From Nitrospirales bacterium (lineage in GTDB: Bacteria; Nitrospirota; Nitrospiria; Nitrospirales; UBA8639): DNA of 64,000 nt. The notes beneath the pieces are model-generated. The model had not been told where the DNA came from. It searched no databases and was given only the letters and a program-made list of their open reading frames with translations. How positions within the stretch are numbered: the first letter of the stretch is position 1; each line of letters starts with the position of its first letter. The position numbers were made by a program, and so were the translations under genes. This document shows positions 14,116 to 26,400 of the stretch, in pieces. The DNA lies in contig CBDBCZ010000018.1 in NCBI GenBank assembly GCA_965203295.1, positions 1,440,001 to 1,504,000 on the forward strand, in the 5' to 3' direction.

Positions 14116-15138
14116 AGCTTTTTACCATTTCTATTTGTGGACCTCCTTTCAACAGCAAAACTTGATTTGGGAATGCCAAGGGAAGAGATAGCTGCGGTAA
14201 CTTGGGACGGAGTAGTAGCATTCCTCGTACCCCATACATAAAGTACTGAGGGACAGGTGAAGTGGGTAGGATGATTCTTCTCCACAACTTGCATGCTTTG
14301 TTTGCATGAATTGTTACCGCTTGGCACAGACTCTGCTAGCACAGGTCTATCTGCAACTTGTGAGGTTGGGGAAATGATGGAAGGACTCGCTGGAATTGAA
14401 TCAGTGTCATCACTTTCAGGTTCAAGAAATTGAAAGCGATTTGTCAAAATCAGATTCTGAGCAGGGATAAGCAGCAGGTCCTGGGAGGTGGTAGGGGTTG
14501 TCTGTTGGGGACTTTGGTCTGATCTTTTTGAGAGTGTGGTTGGAGAGGGTGGGGTAGCTTGTTTCCTTCTGTGTCTTTTTCTGGGAACCTTCTTGGTAGG
14601 AGGAGGGTCCCGGAGGTCATTTCGGCAATGATCTTCTAACTCAGCAATTCTAGCACCCTGGTCCTGAATCTTCCTTTCTAGTAGTTTGATATGTCTATCC
14701 ATTTTGACCTCCAAATCAAACTTTTCTTGGGTGAGTTGTTCAACTTTGTTTTCCATTGCCTTTAACCAGGAAATTACCTCAACCAGTTCCTGGGGATGGT
14801 GATGAGTTTGGTCAGAAGCAGGTACGGGGACAGGAGAGATGCTACCAATACCAGAACAAGGACTTGACTCTGGACTCGAAACCGTGGAACTTTATGAAGG
14901 CTTCACTTGCTTCACAGAAGGGGCAGTGCCATTCTTGGACACTAAGACCAATCTCTAGATATTCATCCTCATCAATATTGAAACACATTGCATGGGCCCA
15001 TTGCTGATGTTCACCCTCACAAAATAGTGCATTCTCACCCTCTTCAGACTCTGTGGCATCAACAATGACTTCACCACAGACAAAGCAGTGCTCAAGAATT
15101 CCAGGTGGGGAGACAATAGCCATTGTGGAGCCAGCCAC
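13938..15138 (-). pseudogene. LINE ORF1: N-terminal PHD finger, coiled coil and C-terminal domain; one frameshift (~14895)
   Basis: PHD pattern CFVC...FCEGEHQQWAHAMC...WHCPFC. The frame of ORF 13938-14756 stays open upstream to ~14890 (SSPESSPCSG...WLKAMENK), so a single frameshift joins the two parts. Confidence 0.85.
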
Positions 15139-15446
15139 ACCAATGAGTAAATACGAAAGTAAAAAAAGAGATAATGCACTGGAAAAGTCCTTTGTTTTTT
15201 TTTTGTTTGTTTTTTTTTTTTTTTTTTATATAAAATGTAAAGAAAAATATAAAAAAATAAAGACAAACAGTGGCTTTGTAGCTTACGAAGTGAAACACCT
15301 GCGAAAATTTCCTGGTGTATCAGGGCTTGGAGATAAACGAGATAGGTGATTGAGCGTAGTAGCTCCTTCAGGGACAACGCCTCCACCTCTTCTATAAATC
15401 AGCAGCCGGCCTTCAGGACGAGTCGGACGCTAGTCACGCGAAAATC

Positions 15447-15512
15447 CTCGAGTTCTGTATCGGCACCGCTCGAGTTCTGTATCGGCACCGCTCGGGTTCT
15501 GTATCGGTACCG
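15447..15512. repeat. 22-bp minisatellite x3 (CTCGAGTTCTGTATCGGCACCG)
   Basis: Direct reading; it may belong to the LINE 5' UTR. Confidence 0.8.
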
Positions 15513-15974
15513 CTTGGCCAAGGTAACTTGATAAAATGCCGCAGTACAAGGTAGAAGAGATAGTCAAGAGCAAATGAAAACGGAATTCTTCTCTTGAAGT
15601 TTCAACACTTGCAAGTAGCTACATTCTTGCCGCATGTCTAGTCTATAGCCCAGGATAATGTATGCAGATCACTACACTACACTCACCAAATATGCAGCAT
15701 GTGCAGTCAGTCAAGAAAGCCACACCTCTTCGCAGTCGCATGCACTGCAGCAACGCAAGACCGTACTAGCGTGAGACTCTACACAAACGCTTAGCATGCA
15801 CGTGAGAACCCAGCTCCTCCTGCGTAACACATTTTACGCAATTAAAATCAGATGATCTGGAGTGGCCCTGATGCGCCACTGCTTTCAAGGCAGTTCATGG
15901 ATTATAATTTACTGCAATACTGTAAGCGATTCCCAAGATGGTAGAAGTTGGAGCTAGCTAGACTAACGTGCTAC

Positions 15975-15998
15975 CATAGATAGTAGAAGTTATCTATG
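15975..15998. mobile_element. 24-bp P-element-like remnant (CATAGATA...TATCTATG) with 7-bp TSD GTGCTAC; copy at 33925-33948
   Basis: GTGCTAC lies at 15968-15974 and 15999-16005, flanking the inverted ends. Confidence 0.7.
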
Positions 15999-16645
15999 GT
16001 GCTACGTACCTTGACTCTGGTTGCTGTAGTTTGCAGCAGAGATACTAATAATACCTTTGTTTGCAGCTTTAGTCAAACTCACTTCCCCGCCCCCCAAAAG
16101 AAAAAAACAAACAAACAAAAACAAAGACCCGGCAATGATAAGTGAGACTTCGACCTGTTCGCGTCTACTGCCATACCTCTCATTTCATGTATTATAGGAA
16201 TCGAGAACGCGGCAAGGAACCGCCAGCTAGCTAAGGAACCACGAAGTATTAAATGCGGGGGCGGGCACGCTACGATATGCGCCGCGCGCGTCAATGCTTT
16301 TCGCGCCAGCTCACGCAGCTCTTGACTGCGTAAGAAAGTTGAACTCTCTAGAATTAAAGTACAGAAGAATGAAGTCTCTATTCAAGGAACAGGGAGGTTA
16401 TAGGTATTATCAAATAATTTGTAGCAAGACCTGACAGTTCCCAATTTATACCCCATGCACCTAGCAGTTTCACGAGTTCACATGAAACAGTAATTGATTG
16501 TAGGTATCTATCAATGGATGCATGTAAAGAACTTTGAGATTGTACTTCTGTAAAATGGAAGCGGCAACATACAAGAAAGATTATAGACGTCTGTCAACAT
16601 TAAGGATTCTGAAGCATCTTGAAGAGGAGTATATATATCGTTATA

Positions 16646-17924
16646 CCACATTACATCACATCCAAGGTGTTTGATTGGAGCAGAAGAGGAGTATAAAGGG
16701 ACATAATTATACTACGTTTATGTTTTCATCTTTTAATATACTGCTTTCATGTTTTTATGTATTATGACATCGTAAATAACTGCTGCCTCTGGGAATGCTA
16801 GCCCAGCGTTTCTATAGGTACCTACTCCACTCTACTTCGCTAGCGGTACGGGGATCCCGTCAGCGACTTGGGGACCCCTGTACCGCTGACGGCTATTGAT
16901 GAGAGCGGGCTGGACTTTGACAGGATGGGTAGGTATAAAAGCGAACGCACATTTTCCTTGTTTTTAATCTCGAGTTGTATTAACTGAGAATGGCGGCAAG
17001 AGAGGATGGAGGTAGAATCCGAGAAGAAGCAACGAGAGCAACTAAGTATAGATTTAGCGAATATCTTGCTCACATACCCCGCACATGCTGACAAAGTGTA
17101 ACTGTATGTAGACTTTTACTTTCGTGTATATTTATGGTTGGTGTGTCATTTATTACATATTCTCATTAGAACATTTTGAACATGCATATTAATTTAAACC
17201 CTACAATACCTTGCACTAACTCCTGGAGCTGTAGTAGATGTATGGATTACAGAAACATTATCTGCCTGGTGCTTGGTTTTGAATGTACTGTAGAGAGACT
17301 AGCTGGTGCCTTTCTTTTTACTTTGTAGTTGTGCTGTGAATGTTAGAACGGCGATGCAATGCTCAATGTACTTAAACTTACATATTAAAACATGCTGAAC
17401 ATGCATGTATGAACTAATAATACCTTGCACTAACACCTGCCTGGAGCTGTAATAGATGCTTTCATGTCTTTATTCATTGAAGATACAGTGCAGTTGAGAG
17501 CAGACAATGTAGGGGTCCCTAAATCACTAAAGGATCCCCATATCGCCAGCGTTTCACGGCCCCTCGGTCCCCACGGCGCTAGAGATTTTGGGGACCCCGG
17601 TGCCCATACCTCTAGTGATACGTGGACGGGGGGTCCCCATTTCGGGGGGTCCCGATATCGCGCGTACACCGGCTTATATCACAGGCGGCCAATCGTTTCT
17701 TGCCGTTTGTCATCGCCATAGTTACCATTCAGTAGTGTTCATTTATTACGTAAACAAAAAACACGTCTGCTCAACGAACATGAAAACACGCGCGGAAAAC
17801 ATGAAAACAAAATAGTAGTATAAACACCTCTATACTCCTCTCTGTAGCCAATGAATTTCTCCAAAAGTGATGTAATGTGATATAACTACGTTTACACTCC
17901 TCGTAGACGTGGTATATCCTATAC
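16646..17924. mobile_element. Composite palindromic element, copy I, partly replaced by a Ginger-like insert
   Basis: It has the same ends as 37979-38699 and is flanked by TTATA. Confidence 0.65.
16831..17668. mobile_element. One-ended Ginger-like DNA transposon fragment
   Basis: Absent from the other two copies. It ends ...CGTACA directly before host CCGG (17669-17672) and has subterminal GGGGACCCC/GGGGTCCCC repeats. No left TGT end is present. Confidence 0.6.
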
Positions 17925-19985
17925 TTATAAGGCTAAACAAACTTTCATCACAGCCTCTAGCTACCAGGGGGAATAGAGAGGAACCAAATTCCCAATTTCA
18001 TTTCCACCTCTAATTAATTGTACACATTACTTTTCTTGTCTTTGCCTTTAGTGATTGCTGAAATGAAACATAGGTGGGAGATAATTAGTCACACAGAACA
18101 CTACTTCAACAAGCAAAGTGGAGCAGCCACAGCCCACTTTGAGATAGCACTTCAATAGTCGTGACAAATGGTTTTATTCCAAATTTAATGTGTCGGTTTT
18201 AATACATCATGTTGGCCATAGGTTTTGTAACCTGGCAACACAAAGACAAGTAAGGTATTCCTAGCTAATTGAGAATCTGTCTCTTTACTGCAAAAATACC
18301 GACAGCACAGCCTCTAGCTACCAGAGAGAATGGAGAGGAATCAGCTTCCAATTTAATATCCCACTCTAATTAATGGCACACATTACTTTTTTGTGTTCGC
18401 GCAATGTAACTGTAGAGATTGCACTCATGTTAACACAATGATTCTTTAGGGAAAGTAGACTGGACAAAATGTAAGAACAAGCAAGTTATACAGTAAACAA
18501 TCGCAGTAAGCTGTTTTAGAAGGAACCGCATAAGGTACCGTACCCTGACAGCCCGCTTTGAAATCACACAAAGTCAGGCAAGGTATTCCTAGCTAATTGG
18601 GAATCTGTTTCTTTATTGCAAAGATACCAACAGCACAGCTTCTAGCTACCAGAGAGAATGGAGAGGAACCAGCTTCCCAATTTCATTCCCCACTCTAATA
18701 AATTGTACACGTTATGTGATTGCAAAATGTTACTTCAGGAATTGCAGGTACGAAACATAGGATGTGGGGAAAAATTAGTCACACAGAACACAACTTCAAT
18801 ATAAAACCGTGGAATTAACCATCTAAAAAGCACTGTAGTAACCGTGCCTCATATCGACAAGAAAAATTATAGACGACTGTCAACATTAATGAGAAGCATC
18901 TTGAGGAGGAGTAGATCGTTATAAGGCTAAACAAACTTTCATTACAGCCTCTAGCTACCAGGGAGAATGGAGAGGAACCAAATTCCCAATTTCATTTCCA
19001 ACTCTAATTAATTGTACACATTACTTTTCTTGTGTTTGCCATTAGTGATTGCTAAAATGAAACATAGGTGGGAGATAATTAGTCACACAGAACACAACTT
19101 CAATAAGCAAAGTGGAATGAGCCATTAATAAGGAACCGTTGAAGAAACGTCTATATAATAAGGAACACTGCCTTGTACAGATAGCCAACTTTGAGATCAG
19201 TGTATTCCTAGCAGAGAGAATTGGAGCAGTTAGTGCTTCCCAAATAATTGCCTACTCTGGTAAGTGCGTACTTTACTCTCCTCATGTGAACACAATGATT
19301 CTTTAGGGAAAGAAGACAGGATAAATGTGAAAACAAACCAAATTATATGCAGTACAAAATCATAATACGCTGCTCTAGATGGAACCGTGTAAGGAACCAA
19401 GTCAGGAACACTACCCCTGACAGCCCACTTTGAGATAGCACTTCAATACCTGAAGAAGGGTGGACACCAAAAGCCACAACCTCTCACTACCAGAGAGAAT
19501 TGGAGCAGCTACTGCTTCCTAATTTCATCCCCGCCCTACATCTATTACTTTTCATATGTTCTCACAATGATCTGCTAGAGATATTCGGTACAAACAATAG
19601 GTGGTAAACAACTAGTAAATTAATACGGTATACAACATCAGCAAGCAACTCTAGAAAGAACCATGTAAGGATTCGTACCACTAAGAGCCCACTCCGTGAA
19701 ATATTGTATTTGAAGAATTGAAGTAAGGATATTCCTTTGCACAACTAATAGGAAATCAGTCCTTGCATTTTAAAGATGCTAAGAGCCACACTCTCTAGCT
19801 ACCAGGGAGAAAAAATAATTGACTGCTTCCCAAACACATCCCAGCTCTAATTTAGCGTTCATAGTTCTCCTTTAAAAGACAGCAGACAGAACAAAAGGTG
19901 AAAAAAGACAAACTATGCAGTACCTAATCGCGGCAAGCAGCTCTAGAAGGAATCATGTAAGCAACCATGTACGTACAGTAAAAAA

Positions 19986-20192
19986 ATGCAGAAAAAGTGG
20001 AATTTCCTGAAACGTGTTACAAGGAAATTTGACAGAAAATCTGGTATTTCAGGTACAATTTAAGGTAGTATAGGATAGGGCAGAATTTCATGATTTTAAA
20101 GGAAATTCTACCCTATCCTATACTGTCCTGTACCTAAACTGCCAGATTTCCTGTCAAATTTCCCTGTAACGCATTCCACTTTATTTCTGCAT
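19986..20192. mobile_element. Fold-back MITE (~210 bp); copy at ~40767-40972
   Basis: Arms ATGCAGAAA..GTGGAAT..GAAATTTGACAG..AGTATAGGATAGGG and their reverse complements. Confidence 0.7.
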
Positions 20193-21795
20193 GCGCGCGG
20201 TACCCCTGACAGCCCACGTTGAGATCACACAAAGTCAGGCAAGGTACGCATTCCTAGCTAATTGGGAATCTGTCTCTGTATTACAGAGATACCAAAAGCC
20301 ACAGCCTCTAGCTACCAGAGAGAGAGGAAAAGTAACAGCTTCCCCACTCTAAGTAAGCATACGTACACACTCCTTATCTCATGCAGTTAATTCAGAGAGT
20401 GAGAAACAATTATGGTCTATGTACTTATATCTCTAGAGATTACTAAGCAACGCATGGTTAAACTCAAATCTTGTAAGAAAATGTCCTACATACTGACAGC
20501 CCCCTTTCACATCGCACTAGAAGAATAATTAAACTAAAGGTGGGAATCCGTCTCAGTACTATATAAATACCAAGAGCCACATTTCTGGGATTATAGTTTA
20601 CACCAGGATAAACAGTCTGAAAATAACCTTGGCTTAGAGGTTGAGTGCTTCTGTATATATGTCTGTTGAACAGGCAACCTTGGTACAATGTCACTGCTTC
20701 ATAGAAATCCCTCTTAGGTTATAATAGCTACCCTCATTATTGGCCAGGAATATGTATAAGAGCAACCGAAAAGTGATTACTAAGAAATAGCGACATTGTA
20801 CCTCAGGGTGCCTGCTTGCCGGACATACATCACCCTCTAAGCCTACAGTACAACATTGCTTACTAATGAAAGTCTATAACTATTGTAGCTCACCTATATT
20901 TTGTACCTGCATACAATCTCTGAATTAAGTTAAACATTATGCGAGTAAGAAAAGTATGCTATACTAGAGTGTGGAATGAAATTGGGAAGCTGTTACCTCT
21001 CCATTTTCTCTGGTAGCTAGAGGCTGTGGCTCTTCACTCTTAGAAATAAAGTGGTCAAAACACACCTATTAAGGTTGGCGGTAGGGTGTCACACAGCACA
21101 CCAGGTCACCTGTTTTTAGGTTGTGTGTGAGTCTCAGAGTGGGTGAACATTCAATAACTCCTGTTCTGTAAAATTTCATAACATCAATTGTGTTCTGTGT
21201 GACTAATATCCCCCCACCTATGTTTTGTGCCTGCAATCTCTGAAGTAACAATGTGCAAACACAAGAAAAGTAATGTTTAATTCAAGTACGATATCTCCGG
21301 GTGGGCTGTCAGAAGTATGGTTTCTTACACGGTTCCTTCTACGATTGCTAACTGAAGTGATATGTTTTGCATACTGTCTGTACATGATGGTTGTGTTTAC
21401 ACAAGAAAAGTTATGTGTGTGCTTATCAATTAGAGTGGGGAATTATTTTGGAAGTAGTAACTGCTCCAAGTATCTCTTGTAGTTAGCGGTTGCGGCATTA
21501 TTTGTTGATTCTCACATTTTGTTATGTCATTCTGCTGTCTGTAAGGAACTATTGCATGAGCAAAAGTGAAGTAATGTGTTCTGTGTGCACATTATCAGCG
21601 TGAAGATTAAAATAGGAAGCTGTTACTATTATTCAGGTACGATTAATTTAGAGGCTTCACAGTAATCACTTTTCAAAGTTGTGTGTTTTATAAGACTGGC
21701 AAATAGGAACCTTGGGATGTATAGAAATTTCTATACCCTCAAGAACCATACTCTTTCATACCCTTGGAAAATTATGCTATTATGTTTTAAACCAG

Positions 21796-22003
21796 TCCTA
21801 ATAGTCAGGAAACAGCTTTGATTTAGAAGTTGAGTACTTTTTAAGTACGGCGAACAGGCTTCCATACTTATGTGAAACAGAATGTACAATTACAGCAAAT
21901 CCAGTGAACAGGATCCTTGACTGTTTCACAGTACTAAGGGAGCCAGTTCGTTGTATTTACAAAAGTACTCAACATCTAAGCCTGACTATTAGGATTTACG
22001 GTA
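21796..22003. mobile_element. Fold-back MITE (~200 bp); copy at ~42577-42783
   Basis: Inverted pairs TCCTAATAGTCAGG/CCTGACTATTAGGA and GTTGAGTACTTTT/AAAAGTACTCAAC; the right end is TTTACGGTA. Confidence 0.65.
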
Positions 22004-23414
22004 TTCCATTGTATAACTAACTGGGAATTGGTACTGAACACTTTAAATTTTTGAGAGTAGCTACTTGAGAATAATTACTGTCATTTGTGTCACTTGTTGT
22101 TGTTAATTCACAGTAAACGTACACGCATGTCACATATCACTCAGGCTCGCCCTAAGGTGCCCTGCATCTCCCTAGTACTGCGTCCAATTGCAGTAAGCAA
22201 CGTCTGAAGAAACCATGTATAGAACCCTACCCCTGACAGCCCACTTTGAGATCACACAAAGACAGGGAAGGTATAGTCCTGGCTAATTGGAAATCTGTCT
22301 CTGTGCTTCAAAAATACCAAAAGCTTCAACTTCTAAAACAAGTGACAATTAGATAAGTGATTGCTATTGCGTTAATATTTAACAAACAATGCAGTGTATG
22401 ACAGTGGTAAGCAACCCTAGAAGGAACTGTGTAAGGAACCAAGACAAATCATGAAAGCAAGATGAGATTTTGGGCATTTCTTAGTCTTGAGAGGGGTATA
22501 TTCATTACAGAGACAGTGAAAAACCGAATTCTATATGAAGCACTGCTAAATGGTTGGTAGCTCGGCAGAGATTTAGAAATGAAGTGCAGGAGAGTAAAGC
22601 AGGAAAGGAACAGAGCAAGCAGCTCAGATCGATCTAGAGTCAGTAGTGGTGCTGAGCATAGTTTGGAAGCTCCAGAAGAAAGAGGAGGCAAGATGATTGA
22701 CGAGGAAGAAATGAGCAAAGAATGTTTCATACTCACCCTCCATGCTTAGAAGTAGCTAAATCTTGTGTAACCATGCCAGATAGCGCTGAGCATGGCAGTG
22801 TGCATTGACCTGCTACCGAAAGGTTGATTGGCTTTATATATAAAGTCGTAGGCATTGAGTGCCAGGGTGCACTCCTCCCCGAGTGAGTCAGGCACATGTC
22901 CAATCATTTTGTAATGATCCTCAGCCTCTGTATTTTACTAACACTAGTGTCTTTGGCTGTCCCTCACACTTGGCTCTTGGTATATATGCCATTGTGGAGT
23001 AATTCATTGAGTCATACTAGTTTCAGTTGGAGAATCAGTAATGGTTTATGGTGCTGATGATGTTGCTGCTAATAGTTTACCTTACGGTCACCTTAAATGA
23101 AGCTACTGTATTCCTGCTAAGCTTTACACTCACCAACATGCACTCACTCAGAAAGCCACACTTCTTGAGGATCTTCGCAGTTGCTCTGCAGCGACGCAAG
23201 ACCGTACACTAGCGTGCGACTATATTAAAGCTTACTACAGTACTAACGATTAGCATGCACGTGAGAAGTCAGCTCCTCCCTCCCGTTACTGCTAGAACCG
23301 CAGCCCGCAGTCTGTACACAAATATTAATATGTATAACACATCAACTTTATAGACATAAGATGATTACAAGTGGCATTGATATGCACCACTGGCTTCAAG
23401 GCAGTTCATGGATT

Positions 23415-26400
23415 TCAATTTCTTGAGTGTTTCCTGCAAAGGAAAAAACAGACACTTGTGGCAGAACCGAGGTGGGATAGGACTACGACCTCCGAGGATC
23501 ACTCCCATAGACTCTATAGTCGCAACTGCAGTCATCTCGATCCGTACCTGTTAATGTATCTACTTAGAAGTTAGAATTGTCCACAGTAGCAAAACATCAT
23601 ACTGTTTCCCATGGTTCTCAACAACAGTGGGCCAAGGAGTGAAAAAATGCTATATATCTTAAATTAATTACCAGGTCCACACCATTGGACATTAACAGGA
23701 AAGTCTTTATCTTCATGTACCCAAATAAGCAGAGGGCTTGGAATAAGCTTGCAAAAGTGCCAGTTGACAATCAATAGCACAACAGGAGAGGCCTTGTGCA
23801 AATGGACAAATCAGTGCAATCACTAGCTGGTCAAGATCATGACTGCAATGGTAACTATATACACACTTACAGAGACTATGGGAGTGGCCCTCATTCAGTC
23901 CATTCAATACCCACACATTAAACCTACAAGGCCTCTGCCCAACTTTTGCTGCGAGAGAGCCTGGGGACAAAGCTACATAAACCAATGGCAGTAGAAACTA
24001 CATCTACATACCAGTGTGAACAGGCCAAGTGTATTAGCAGCAGCACCAAGCCTGCAATTATCGACTGAGTTGCTGTCACAATGTACGCAATGCCCAAGAA
24101 CAGGTTCCGTCCACCTAGCCAGGAGATCTCAGCAAGGAAGAGAGATTTGGTCCCTTTATATTCACGCACAGGGTAGTCTGCTGTAGGTTAAGGAAACTGG
24201 CTGATAACTTTAACTTACACTGTGCAAACAACTTTCAGAGATATACACATACCTGCATATGCACCTTAAGAATCTCAGCTTGAACTGGCTAAGTGATTTA
24301 TACTAGCTAGATGCATGCTACATAGCTACCACACAGAGAGGAGGCTACATATACATCACCAGCAAATGGCTATCAAGCAAGGAGTCACTTAAATATCTTG
24401 TCCACTTCATTATGTACAAGAACTTAGTAAGCTGTTTTAGCGATGACATCATGCTTCAAGTTAGACTAATATGTGGCAGTCCCATGAGCATTATTCTACC
24501 AAGATTGTCACTGCATTCAATGTCTTATATTGCTTATTTTCTGTTAATGGGTGGGGCTCAAATGCACAGTGTACATGGAATAACTACTGATGCAACGACA
24601 CATAACATTTGAGTCCTACCCATAACAGTCACCGTGTTCTGCACAAATGTAGTGACACGATCAAAATATGCAACTGAATACGTTCACTTTCCAACTAGGA
24701 CCACAGTCATACACGCTAGCCTCCTCCCCATGCCTCAACCCAGTTTTAGTCACTTGCAGTATGAAATGTGGGGAGCTTAGGAACGAGGCCACGTACAATG
24801 TATACGACTATTGCATTAATATGAAAGATACTGTAAGTGAGAAAGATGGAGTCGTTTCCTGCAGGGAGATTAATATCACTGGAACCACTCTCTTGCAGTC
24901 GGCCATACAGTTTGCGGAATTTTGGAAATGCTGACACACGAAACCAAACAATAAAGCTCTCGCTCTCCAGTCCCCCAGGAATTTCTGAAAGATCATACGG
25001 CCAGTTGGGGGGCATGGTGGTGTCAACAAGTTCCTCAGGGCTGACCTCAGGGGCGCCGTTTGGGTTTTGGAAGCGAACACTACGGTCAGTATCCCAGGCA
25101 AAGTTGGTTCTATTACAGCAGGTCATGTTCTCACTCGTATCACGATTCATGAACATATCAAATGAGTCTAGAAGGAGAGACAAACACAATAATAATTTAC
25201 ACAGCCCACATACTTAAACTCAGACGTCTACATGAACAAGGACAAACTACACACAGGTGTGTTCAGGAATTTTACTATGCACGCACGATCCACTCTAATC
25301 ACTACATTGGAGTGCACAAAACATTGTGAATGTTCGCATTTTGCCAGATCTAGAAAAGAATTGTATTAACATTTTAAAAGTGAGATGGGCCATCACTGAA
25401 GATGCAGTATGGTGAAGCAAAAGTCGTATATGTACATGTAGATATCTAGTAATCCATCAAAACCAAAATCTGCATTTGGCGTTAGAAATTTCTTTGGAAG
25501 GTTCGCTCCCACAATATTTGCTTGTAGACTCAGAGTCCATTGTTTATAGTGGAAATTCCACTCCACTCACAACAAACAATCTACTAATTAATCCTGACCC
25601 TAAGTAAGCAAACTTGTTAAAGTATGCTCACCATTGAACAAGCTGTTTGCAATGAGTCCACAAGGTACAACAGGCATACGTGTGCCAGTAGCGTTCTCAA
25701 CATTCCGTATGGGGTTACAGTCATCGGAGGGGTTCGAGAAGCTCCCTCGATTTCCTCGCAGCTGTTTCACATTCCAGGAGTTGACGTAGCGACGGTGGTT
25801 CTGGAAGTAGTTGCCAAGACCATAGTACATGTACCACGGAGAGCGCAGCTCCTCCGGGACAGTGAAATTCACCCGGCAGTGGCAGTCTTCAAAATCACGC
25901 CTCTCAATGTTACTTAGAGCACTTATATTGGCCAGGTACTCGGAACACGTCTGGAAGTTACGTATGAAAGGGACATCACTAGGAACTGGTTCACAATTAG
26001 TATAGGGAATTTCCACCTCACGTATCTGAGTATAGATGGGATGTAAAAACAACAGTATACAACAACAATATACAACAACAGCAGTGGAATACTAATACTA
26101 TCAGTAGAAATTGGCTGAGTCTTACTATAAAGTAACGCCACATACACATGTACATGTACATGCCAACAGGGTGATATATGTATGGCCAAGTGTACTGTTA
26201 GCTTAAAGCTACAGTGCTCAACGGGTATTCCCTATAGAGGACACCTTGTTTCCATGTGTGATCTTAATTGAATCTCTATTATATAAAATTTTTATAGCTC
26301 TCCAAAATATGTACACATCGCCACTCCATATTTTCTGGCCTCAACAGTACCTACTATAGACTGTACAAACTTCACCCGATAGTGCAGACTGTTAATCACC

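Larger units (their letters stand above)
11087..15300 (-). mobile_element. Near full-length CR1-group non-LTR retrotransposon (5' boundary uncertain)
   Basis: 19-nt poly(A) tail (T run 11087-11105), short 3' UTR, ORF2 with APE and RT, and an overlapping ORF1 with a PHD finger. Confidence 0.93.
17930..22450. repeat. Modular satellite family 2 (also ~34470-36530, 38705-43250, 51040-53065, 54510-54685)
   Basis: Recurring modules in shuffled order: ACAGCCTCTAGCTACCAG..GAATGGAGAGGAACC..ACTCTAATTAATTGTACACATTAC, GACAGCC(C/A)ACTTTGAGAT and TTAGTCACACAGAACAC. Confidence 0.85.

Noticed and set aside
22100..22178. Possible Helitron 3' end (CAGGCTCGCCC...CTAGT)
   Set aside because: No clear 5' end or convincing hairpin, so it cannot be supported.
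22560..22724. Purine-rich exon-like stretch (EERGGKMIDEEE)
   Set aside because: No recognisable homology or partner exons.
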